Assembly: GCA_004431415.1 (NCBI GenBank) | Contig: QPMI01000119.1 | Location: 1-64,000 of the forward strand | From: Cyanophora paradoxa CCMP329 | Lineage: Eukaryota > Plantae > Glaucophyta | Direction: 5' to 3' | Length of the DNA: 64,000 nucleotides | In this document: positions 22,681-31,700 of the stretch, piece by piece | Numbering within the stretch: the stretch's first letter is position 1 | How the letters are laid out: every line of letters starts with the position of its first letter | The notes under the pieces: generated by a model | Database searches by the model: none | Told to the model about the DNA's origin: nothing | Seen by the model: only the letters and a program-made list of their open reading frames with translations | Translations under genes and position numbers: made by a program

Positions 22681-23409
22681 TTAAGATAATATTTTAAAAC
22701 GCCTCTTTTTGGGATGAACAGGCGAAGACTCTTCTTTTTTAGACTCTTCTTCATTCTTAAGCCATTTAGAGAAACGAAAACTCTTATCTTCAATCGCTTT
22801 ATCAACGTACCAGGCAGTATCATACTTCGTTCCATCAAGGACTAGACACTGATAATCATGCGCCCAAGTTTGGAACAAAGCAATAAATTCGTCTTTCGGG
22901 AGATGACTAAACTCTCTATAAATTGCCTCGAGTTCAGTATGATTAGAGTAACTGAAGAAAAAACAATAGTCGGAGTTCGATCTTATAGATTGACTCAATG
23001 CTGTAAGCTTTTGGGTCATAAGAATCGTACTGATATTAAAATGACGACCTTGTGTAAAAAGTCGATTAACGGTCTTGCTATTTCGCAGATCAACAGTTTC
23101 AGAGGCGGCAACAAGATCGTCCAAGACTAGCAATATCTGCGGCGCTTTCTTTTTGTTTTCAATCAAATTGCGCTGTGAATCAATGATTTCTGCAACGATA
23201 GATGGCTGAAAATCGTCGTAAAGCTCATTAGTTATTGCCGAATATTCGCCATTGAATTTGGTGGCTGTAAACACGACGACTCGATTAATCTTTGGATAGA
23301 GCAGCCGCAGCAGATGCTTGGTGCAGTAGAAAGACTTGCCGCTATTAGATTTCGATATAAACAGGGCCTTAAATGGGACCCTCATATCGTTAGGCTGGAA
23401 CTGATCCAT
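22681..23409 (-). CDS. A32-like FtsK/HerA genome-packaging ATPase
   Basis: Walker A SKSNSGKS, Walker B LLVLDD, QGRHFNIS, TQ...IRSNSDY. Confidence 0.92.
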   Translation of the reverse strand: MDQFQPNDMRVPFKALFISKSNSGKSFYCTKHLLRLLYPKINRVVVFTATKFNGEYSAITNELYDDFQPSIVAEIIDSQRNLIENKKKAPQILLVLDDLVAASETVDLRNSKTVNRLFTQGRHFNISTILMTQKLTALSQSIRSNSDYCFFFSYSNHTELEAIYREFSHLPKDEFIALFQTWAHDYQCLVLDGTKYDTAWYVDKAIEDKSFRFSKWLKNEEESKKEESSPVHPKKRRFKILS

Positions 23410-23434
23410 CAAAAAATTAACTACCGAGATACGA

Positions 23435-24823
23435 CTAGAGGTTGACCTTGCGAAGGCCCGCAGCATCCACAATTAGGACAGTGTGCAGGAGAGCGCGAAT
23501 TTGGACGTAAATCTTGTTGTTTGCATCGTAAGCGGCAGGATTCATGATATTCAGGAAGCAGCTGCTGCTGTTGGTGAGATCTACGAAACCAGTTTGAGCA
23601 GCATTTCGAATCGATTTATCCCCACTAATGCAAAATGGCAAACCAGTCAGAACATACCGATTAAGAGGCGCGTCTAGATTTGAGCACTTGAAGACATCAG
23701 CGATGAGTTCAGCACCTTGCAATAGAGGGACAGGCTCATTTGAATAAAGTCGCTGGCCATTTAATTCGCAGGAAATAGTTATATCGCGAGCATTAGCCTC
23801 GGTTTTGAGGACACTGTGTTTTCCGTCAGTTTGGTTCATGTTTGGCTGCTTGCGAATGCTAACGAACAGGCCGTAGCATAGTCCACTGATTTGAGACAGA
23901 TTAATCCGGGTGGGCGCACCAGCACCAGCATAAGTAATTGAATCAGCATCAACCCAGCCGACATCGGTAGCGGGAATTGCAATTCCAGACGTTTTGACTT
24001 TCTCAATAACCTGGGCAAAAGTGGCCTCATCAACGTTGATGCAATGAGCAATAATCTTAGGATTAGAAAGCTCCGGATTGGCAGGGGTGACACTGAGAAC
24101 ATTGGGAGTTATATTCTGGCCGATGTTTGCAGGGGAAGCAGCGGCAGCTCCAACACTACCAAGGCCATCTTCTTTAGTGGCATCACCGCCGATGGCATAT
24201 TCTGTTACAAACCTACCACCATAGCTGGTTTCGACGAAGCCCTGGGCACGATCACGGAACCAAACCTCGACAGAAACCTCGCCAGATAGAGCACCAATGG
24301 GTAGCACTGAACCCTCCCATGGACAGGGGATTTTTACACTGAAAATACCTCCAGTGCGATTTGTCCCCTGAGGTGGTGTTCCATGTAGCCAGCCACCTGA
24401 CCGGTATTTCTTTTTGAGCTGAGCATCATCATTGTAAATCAGTGCGCTGTGAACAAGCCAGTCCTCGGGGACAATGTAGCTGTAGGAAGCATATTTGATT
24501 TCAATTCGCTTTACAAGAGCACCAACAGACCGCAGATAACCAGTGCGAACCAGGTCAGTGTCACCAGTAAAAGCGGTCAACTCGGGCAGGGTAAACTGGA
24601 GTTCGAGCCCCTGAAGGAAGTTGTATCGGGGCAGGAAATAAGTAACCCTCTTTCCGAAGCAGTCTCCATAGTCATTGCTTGGGTTGACAACAACACGAAC
24701 AGGCTTGGTTTGGCTCGTTAGACCCAACATAAGCTCATTGTTCATGAAGAAGTCCTTCGCTTCCTGCGGAGTTGTCAGGAGCTCTTTGAGGCCGAGCCGC
24801 TGCAAATTCTGAGTAACATCCAT
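23435..24823 (-). CDS. Double jelly-roll major capsid protein
   Basis: 462 aa, beta-rich; FGKRVTYFLPR...LELQFTLPEL...LVKRIEI resembles NCLDV/PLV MCP N-termini; lies between ATPase and pentons; homologue at 42472-43845. Confidence 0.8.
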   Translation of the reverse strand: MDVTQNLQRLGLKELLTTPQEAKDFFMNNELMLGLTSQTKPVRVVVNPSNDYGDCFGKRVTYFLPRYNFLQGLELQFTLPELTAFTGDTDLVRTGYLRSVGALVKRIEIKYASYSYIVPEDWLVHSALIYNDDAQLKKKYRSGGWLHGTPPQGTNRTGGIFSVKIPCPWEGSVLPIGALSGEVSVEVWFRDRAQGFVETSYGGRFVTEYAIGGDATKEDGLGSVGAAAASPANIGQNITPNVLSVTPANPELSNPKIIAHCINVDEATFAQVIEKVKTSGIAIPATDVGWVDADSITYAGAGAPTRINLSQISGLCYGLFVSIRKQPNMNQTDGKHSVLKTEANARDITISCELNGQRLYSNEPVPLLQGAELIADVFKCSNLDAPLNRYVLTGLPFCISGDKSIRNAAQTGFVDLTNSSSCFLNIMNPAAYDANNKIYVQIRALLHTVLIVDAAGLRKVNL

Positions 24824-24895
24824 CGATTTATATAATTGCAGTGAAAGAAAATAATTTGGGACGAAGTCAGGGGCCTTCTGGCTCCGCCGCTTAGC

Positions 24896-25861
24896 TCAGT
24901 TTGACGAATTGATCCAAGGATATGTTTTTGACCTTTTCTGGAGCTGAAGTTTTGCAAGTTCGTAGACAACATCACCATTGGGTTCGTCAGGACCATAACG
25001 AATTTCGAGAATAAATGACACAGGAGCTCCATTTAAATCAGCGATTCGCTGCATAAAATCGTATATCTCAATAGTCACAGAGTACAGGTCCAGCTTTGAA
25101 TAAACATACTTATACAAAGGAGTTGCTTCAGTTGAATCGTAGTAGGCTGTCTCACCAGGACGCAGGACGCTGGGAATGCTGAGCTTTGAGAAGAAGCCAG
25201 GAATTGAAGTATTGGGCATACTGACAAGGTCACCAATTTCAGGAATGCGTAGGAGCACATGATCATCGGGAGTGACATCAGGCTCATAAGCGCCTGCTAT
25301 ATATTCAGTATTTATAGATAATGTCTTTGACCGAATCGGTAGAATTGATCGCAAGCCTAGCAGCTTTGCAGTTCGCTGAGCCCTTGCAACAGCCTGGTAG
25401 TTTCTGATTTCCCGCCCACCCAGGTTCGGTGGCAACATCAGAGCAATAAAGAACTCGAAGCTAGCTGTGAACCCTATTGATTTAACCGCTGAATTATACG
25501 TGCACGTGATACCAGTTCCCGTCAACCTTTCGTTTATCTTTGTCACAAGCGAGGTGATGTCGTAATTTCCAGGTGGAATTGTAATGTTATTCCACTCTCC
25601 AAAACCTGGCTGAGGTGGGTCGGGTCCCTCATTTGCAGGATCATATTTGCACCAATATATATATAATATATATGTGTCAAACACTAAATCCTCTGCTGGA
25701 TCGAGTGCATCAACTGTGCTCATTGTGTTGGGGATCTCAGCAGATACCAGGCGCACGGCTTTTACATCCTGATAAGCTTTAGGCAGTCTTACTTTAAATT
25801 TTGAGGTGGATGTCAGCTCATCCGCTTGGTGGCTTGCAATGCAGACGTAGTCCGTCGGCAT
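24896..25861 (-). CDS. Minor capsid/penton-like protein 1
   Basis: FKVRLPKAYQDVKAVRLVSAEIPN, TIPPGNY, DLNGAPVSFILEI (single jelly-roll penton signature). Confidence 0.75.
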   Translation of the reverse strand: MPTDYVCIASHQADELTSTSKFKVRLPKAYQDVKAVRLVSAEIPNTMSTVDALDPAEDLVFDTYILYIYWCKYDPANEGPDPPQPGFGEWNNITIPPGNYDITSLVTKINERLTGTGITCTYNSAVKSIGFTASFEFFIALMLPPNLGGREIRNYQAVARAQRTAKLLGLRSILPIRSKTLSINTEYIAGAYEPDVTPDDHVLLRIPEIGDLVSMPNTSIPGFFSKLSIPSVLRPGETAYYDSTEATPLYKYVYSKLDLYSVTIEIYDFMQRIADLNGAPVSFILEIRYGPDEPNGDVVYELAKLQLQKRSKTYPWINSSN

Positions 25862-25888
25862 CTTTTTTATATCAGTTAGAGAATAAAA

Positions 25889-26809
25889 ATGGTCGAAGAC
25901 AAGCATCGACGCTGCGCCAGGCTCAGCTTTGACAGTAGAGACAGAAGGCCAATCGATTCAGAGGCAAACTTTGTGCTCGAAATCAATGAACCTATAATCA
26001 ATCCAGTTGCTGTTCGACTTACCCAGTGTGAGTTCGCAAACAGCCTTTACACGAGCATTAGAGATGAGTATCTTTCGATCACCTTCCCCAACATTTGGAC
26101 AGAAAATCTGGCGGTTTTTGAGCCTGGTATAATTACTACTGCAAATATGGGCGAAACAGATCTTTACAACTTTGGCCTATCGTTTAAGTTTGAACTGGGG
26201 GGAATCGTAATAGCATATTTCAAATTGTTTCGGGACCCAGAGACACTGAAGATGTCTGCCTTTTGCAACCGTTCCTGCACAGTGACCTGCCAGTTCAAAG
26301 CTCTATCGAATCTGCTCGGGCTGAACCGAAATGAGCCCCTCCAGCTGTCTCCTATCGTGATTGAAGGAGGGCAAAGATCAGTAACTGCAGCTGAGCGATA
26401 TCTAGAGGTTGCTGGCATTCCAGTAACACCTTCACACCCTGAATATGGCGTGGATTTCACAGAAAGAATGCGGAGTGAGCCACTTGGTTATGCTGTCGAA
26501 TTTCCAAAGATAATTGACATGAACAGCGACCAGTATCTCTTCCTAGTCTGTGAAGAGCTTCGACCATTTGCTTCAAAGCTTCGCCGTGGGGCCAAATCAA
26601 TGTGCAACTACGGGCTTGCTCGAATTCAAATGAGTCAGGACGTTGGCAAATTCGTTTATATAAATCAGGATCATCAAGGCGAATGGATCTCCATCGAAGA
26701 GCGTCTTGTGCTGACTTCCTTGCGACTGCGCATTGTAGACAGAGATGGTGATGATGTATCACTGAATGGATTGCCATGGTCTGGGGAGCTCCAGTTCAAA
26801 CTGATTTGA
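25889..26809 (+). CDS. Minor capsid/penton-like protein 2
   Basis: FDSRDR...VAVRLTQCEFANS; LRLRIVDRDG...SLNGLPWSGELQF. Confidence 0.75.
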   Translation: MVEDKHRRCARLSFDSRDRRPIDSEANFVLEINEPIINPVAVRLTQCEFANSLYTSIRDEYLSITFPNIWTENLAVFEPGIITTANMGETDLYNFGLSFKFELGGIVIAYFKLFRDPETLKMSAFCNRSCTVTCQFKALSNLLGLNRNEPLQLSPIVIEGGQRSVTAAERYLEVAGIPVTPSHPEYGVDFTERMRSEPLGYAVEFPKIIDMNSDQYLFLVCEELRPFASKLRRGAKSMCNYGLARIQMSQDVGKFVYINQDHQGEWISIEERLVLTSLRLRIVDRDGDDVSLNGLPWSGELQFKLI

Positions 26810-26939
26810 AAAGTCGCAGACAAGCCGAAGGCAAGGAGCCCGAAGGGCAAGAATGCCCATCTTGGCTTTCGCCTTCTTGGCTCCGCACAGCTCGGCTGTG
26901 CCTCCGCCCCGTTTTATTTCTTGGCACAATATATAAAAA

Positions 26940-27272
26940 ATGTCGCAGTTGATGCCCATAGCTCAGATTGAAAAGTACTTACCGTTGATGCGGGACAAAA
27001 AAGTATCACTTGTTGCGATTGGAGATAAGCCAAGCACACAAACAAACCTAGGTTTTCTGCAAGCTTACCGCCGATTTGGTCCTGACGGAATCAAAAAGGA
27101 GCTCGCAACCAAAAACACAACTTGGTATCAGCGAAGAGAGAATTACATTAAGAGGCGACTGGGAGGGCGTAATGGAGCACCATTTTGGGAGAAAGATAAA
27201 TCTGGCAGAACTATTCCAACACGTCTTGGACTCTCTCTGATTTCCTGGGCATTCATGCCGCCGCCTAATTAA
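26940..27272 (+). CDS. Hypothetical viral protein
   Basis: 110 aa after ATATAAAAA. The GFLQAY...WYQRRENYI...PTRLGLSLISWAF pattern recalls small proteins of algal viruses/PLVs (from memory). Confidence 0.6.
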   Translation: MSQLMPIAQIEKYLPLMRDKKVSLVAIGDKPSTQTNLGFLQAYRRFGPDGIKKELATKNTTWYQRRENYIKRRLGGRNGAPFWEKDKSGRTIPTRLGLSLISWAFMPPPN

Positions 27273-28749
27273 TGTAACGTCCCCGGAAATCAAGCCGGAA
27301 TGCATTCACATTTATAAATTCGTTTGTTATAATTTGCACATAGTTATATACCTGTGGGGTGAACAAATGCGAGTCACTATGCATTAGATCGAAGCCTGCC
27401 ATTGTTGGGTTCGCAGCAAGCACATTTGCTAGGACTGTGTTTTCAAATAGTGCCCCGTCTCGTAAATATCCTAAGTTGGTCAGAATGCTGAAATTAAATA
27501 GGACTCCGGCAGCAAAGGCTGGCCCATACATAATGATTTGATGTAGCTCAAAAGGCTTTGGAAATTCGACTCTGATCCAGGGATTAGGTAGAGTGCCACC
27601 TTGGAACCCTGTTGAGTTGGGTCGCACATGAGAAGGTGGGTGCAATTCCTCAAAGTCGTTGCTTATGATGTTTGCATCTGGAATTATAAACCAGTTGACA
27701 TCAAATGGCGGCTCAACTGTTAAAGTAGACGATATGATTAGTCTCTCATCGTTCAGTAGGTCATAGTTTGCCAGTAGAAAGCTGCAGAGTGCATTTATTT
27801 TAGCATTTATTTCGATTTGTTTCAGCCATAAATCTGTTGTGGAAATCAAATAAGAAATATTCGATGGGGAGGCATCATCAAGCTTGCTCATGACTGCAGC
27901 TGGCAGCGGAACACTTAAACGCCAGTATCTTGTTAGATTCCTATCCGCATCAACTGGAAGCAGTTCCTGCATTTGGAAGTGCGATTCCAGCTCGCTACCA
28001 GCCATTAGCATAGAAATGATTGGGCTGCCTGAGAGGGATAGGATCCAGCCCAGGGCGCCCCAGCCTGACGTCTCCGAATTCGAAAAGCCTGCAGTCAATT
28101 GCTCACTGGCTTGGACTTCACCACAGCTAATGCTCACAAGAACAATTGGATCTTCTGCATCGTAAATTTTACTGGCGTGGCTGAGTGCAGCAACTGAGGG
28201 ATTATTCAAACAGGCAATTGCCCCGTCAACAAGGTTTTTGTCCCCTAGAACCTTCGGTGGAAAGAATGTAGGCGCTGCAGAAGATGCTCTCACTGCATCA
28301 CGAATCAGCGTGCTTGAATATGGCCCATCCTTCGTAAAAACTACGGGCTGCATCCGAACTGTATCAAACGCTGTTATTAATACATCTTTTGTCGATTCTG
28401 CAATTGTGTAGTCCTGGGCAACGTCTGTGAGCACCGACTCCAGAGGGTTTGCATCATAGCGGCTGCCTGAGAGCAAGCTTGTCAGTGATCTTGGATTTGC
28501 AAATATTGTTGGCAGGTTCGTTTGATATAGACTCAAGATATCACCTGCAGAATATCGGTAAGCGAGAACAGAGCCTGGAGTTGATGGGATAGCCAAACCG
28601 GCCGCTATTATTGCCCCTGTCGAGGTGCCTGCAAAGAAATCAAACAGCTGTGGAATTGCTTTCCCAGTAATCGCCTCGATCCGTTGCAGAATTCTGGCAA
28701 TAATTATACCACGAGCACCTCCACCTGATAACGAGAAAATCACCTTCAT
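27265..28749 (-). CDS. Patatin-like phospholipase with C-terminal degenerate discoidin-like domain
   Basis: SGGGARG, GTSTG, SSAAPTFF, DGA; C-terminal PWIRVEF...IIMYG...FRLDFRG. Confidence 0.88.
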   Translation of the reverse strand: MKVIFSLSGGGARGIIIARILQRIEAITGKAIPQLFDFFAGTSTGAIIAAGLAIPSTPGSVLAYRYSAGDILSLYQTNLPTIFANPRSLTSLLSGSRYDANPLESVLTDVAQDYTIAESTKDVLITAFDTVRMQPVVFTKDGPYSSTLIRDAVRASSAAPTFFPPKVLGDKNLVDGAIACLNNPSVAALSHASKIYDAEDPIVLVSISCGEVQASEQLTAGFSNSETSGWGALGWILSLSGSPIISMLMAGSELESHFQMQELLPVDADRNLTRYWRLSVPLPAAVMSKLDDASPSNISYLISTTDLWLKQIEINAKINALCSFLLANYDLLNDERLIISSTLTVEPPFDVNWFIIPDANIISNDFEELHPPSHVRPNSTGFQGGTLPNPWIRVEFPKPFELHQIIMYGPAFAAGVLFNFSILTNLGYLRDGALFENTVLANVLAANPTMAGFDLMHSDSHLFTPQVYNYVQIITNEFINVNAFRLDFRGRYIN

Positions 28750-28773
28750 TTTTAAAAGGGGGCTTATATAAAA

Positions 28774-31700
28774 ATGTCCTATATCTTGAAGAAGCCAGTG
28801 CCACTTCGTAAAGCTCCAGATCTCGTGGATGATCGACATATAAATATTCGCGTTTTCGGAAGCATCTTGGCTGACTACAATGCAGATAAAGATATCCACA
28901 GGACCGAGTTCAATCGCCCAGCTGCATTAATTCTGCGGAACTCCCACGTTGGCGCCCCGGACATTGCGCAGAGATTTTGTCTGGGTCCAGCTGAAAATTA
29001 TGTTGCTGAAATAATCGGATCCAGGGCGTTGCCACGGCACCTGCGAATTGCCTCCTCAGGCACAGTTTCCAAGTATGATTCTGGTAGATTAATATTTAGG
29101 CTTCAAAACGATCGAGGGATTCACATATCAGCTCTACGTCTAATTGATGAATCCAATGCTGTCACAAACAAAACTGCGGCCCAAATTACAGGGAGAATTC
29201 TCCTTGGTGAAGATGCAGGGCTATCAGTGCTAGCATCACAAATTCAGCCGTTTCCCTGGGACTTACTATATACCGCTGCACGAGAAGCAAATATTTTATA
29301 CGGTTTTGATGTAAATCAAATCGATACCGAGCCAGCCACCAGGTTAGATATTCCTGGATGCACCTTTGGCTCGATCCTGATTGAGGCTGACAGGCACCTG
29401 CTCCCGGCGTTGCATGACAGTTACGATCTAGGGCTCCGCACCAGGCAGTGGCGAAATATTCATGGAACAAATATTTATCAGGATGGTAAGAAGGTTAGCA
29501 CTGAAGAGCAGGTTATCAACATTTTCAACTACTACTTCGGACCTATTGTCCCTATACCACCTCTTCCAGGGTTACCAAAGCCGCCAATCCCGGATGGACC
29601 TGGTCGAGAGCGAGTTGCTGATGAGACAGTTCCTTTCGGTCAACATATTGTCAGTTGGGAGCAAGTTCGCAATAAACCTATCTTCGAACCGAAAAAACAA
29701 ATAGATGAACAGTATTTACCTCCTGAAATCGATATATTAGAGCTTGATGATTACCAATTTGTCCCAGATGAGGAAGAGTTTTTACCTGACGGTTTCGACC
29801 CGCAAGAGTATGAGTATGATCAATACGACCCAAATGAGGAAGAGTATTTACCCGATGGTTTAGATCCACAAGAGTATGAGTATGAACAGAATTATGAACC
29901 CCATGAGGAATATTTAGCAGATGGTCTCGAACCACCAGTTGTGGATTATGAGCAACCTTATGAACCCCATGAGGAGTTTTTACCAGATGGATTACAACCG
30001 GAGCTTTTTGAGTTCTTTCCAGATTGGGAACAGATCAACAACAAACCAGCAAGATATCCACCAGAGGATCACAACCATGATTGGGATGAGATCTTGGGTA
30101 AACCTGAAAAATATCCACCTGAAGATCACAGGCATGATTGGGGCGATATCGATGGAATTCCACCTGAGTTTCCGCCGGAAGACCATAGGCATAATTGGGA
30201 CGAAATTGACGAACAGCCTACTTTTGCATCAGCAGGAAATGTATTATTAGGAGATATTAACAATGGTGTGAGTCTCTACCAAAATATAGACACACCAGAA
30301 AGATTACAATTAAACGATTATTATGTGAATCGTCAGGGAATCGATGCAGGCACCACAATGGATGGCGAATTGTATATTAGACCACCCACAAGGGATGTAA
30401 TATTACCACTTGGTGGTGGAATTGAAATTAAAAATACAAAACCAGGAATCTACTTAACAAACTACTACCCTGATGATGTCCCGATGACAGATAGTCTAAT
30501 TTCTCTACCATCTGATCCGGCAAACTATGATAACAAAGATGCTACTCTACAAATCAATGTGACTAATGTTAGCGATTTAGACGGATCAAGACCAAAATTA
30601 ATATTTAGTCGTGAACAACTCGCAGCAGAAACACTTCTAGGAGATCGTGACGATTATAAACAATGTGAGGTAGCATGGATTAAAACAAATTATAATGGTG
30701 GAGTTCCTGAGGGTCTTTTAGAAATCAATCAGAGAGCCTCAGCGAAAAACATTCATAACGAAAATATTTCAAGAGTCGTAACAGAAGATTATTTTAGATG
30801 GGATAATATCCCTGACGCACCCGAAAAATTCCCACCAGAAGACCATAGACACGATTGGGGAGATCTTGATAACGTCCCTCTAACGTTTCCACCAGATTTA
30901 CACAGGCACGATTGGGGAGATCTTGATAACGTCCCTCTAACGTTTCCACCAGATTTACACAGGCACGATTGGGGAGATCTTGATAACGTCCCTCTAACGT
31001 TTCCACCAGATTTACACAGGCACGATTGGGGAGATCTTGATAACGTGCCTCTAACATTTCCACCAGCATTACATCGTCACGATTGGGGCGATCTCGATAA
31101 TGTGCCTTTAACGTTTCCACCCAGCGCCCATAGGCACGATTGGGGAGAAATTGATAACGTCCCTCTAACATTTACACCATCGACACACAGGCACGTTTGG
31201 GGTCAAATAGACGAACAGCCAGTTTTTGCACAATTAAATGCAATTGGAAACGTTTTTAATGGAGTCACACTTTACCAATCAATTAATACACCTGAAAGGC
31301 TATTTTTGAATGATCATTATGTTAGTCTCAATGGGTCGTTTACAGGTGAAACAGGCACACCGATGGTGGGAACTCTTGCAGTAAGATTACCGAGGGATTC
31401 TATCGTGAATACAATTTACGATGGCGATTTTAATGTAGGAGTAAATGACACTTTCCCCAGTATCTATGTTACGAATTATCACCCCGGTGAAACAGGACAA
31501 GTAGCCGATTTTTCAGCAGCTATTCAAATAAACGTTACAGATCAAAGCCCATATGATGGAGCAAGACCTAAGATTGTGTTCACAAGGGAGAAAGTTGTAA
31601 ACTACCTTCCTGTTGTGGGACAACCCACAGATGATCACGGGAAATGTGAGATGGCGTGGATAAAAACAACATCAGGTGGCGCCTTAGAAGTCAATCAGAG

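Noticed and set aside
23435-24823. Classification as a canonical virophage (Lavidaviridae)
   Set aside because: The MCP is about 460 aa, shorter than typical virophage MCPs, and the complete element has no recognisable maturation cysteine protease; Polinton-like virus is the safer call.
28750-28899. N-terminal extensions in the ORF track (patatin, ATPase, YqaJ, penton, MCP2)
   Set aside because: They overlap neighbouring genes or start at non-ATG codons; homologue alignment or upstream motifs support the downstream ATGs.
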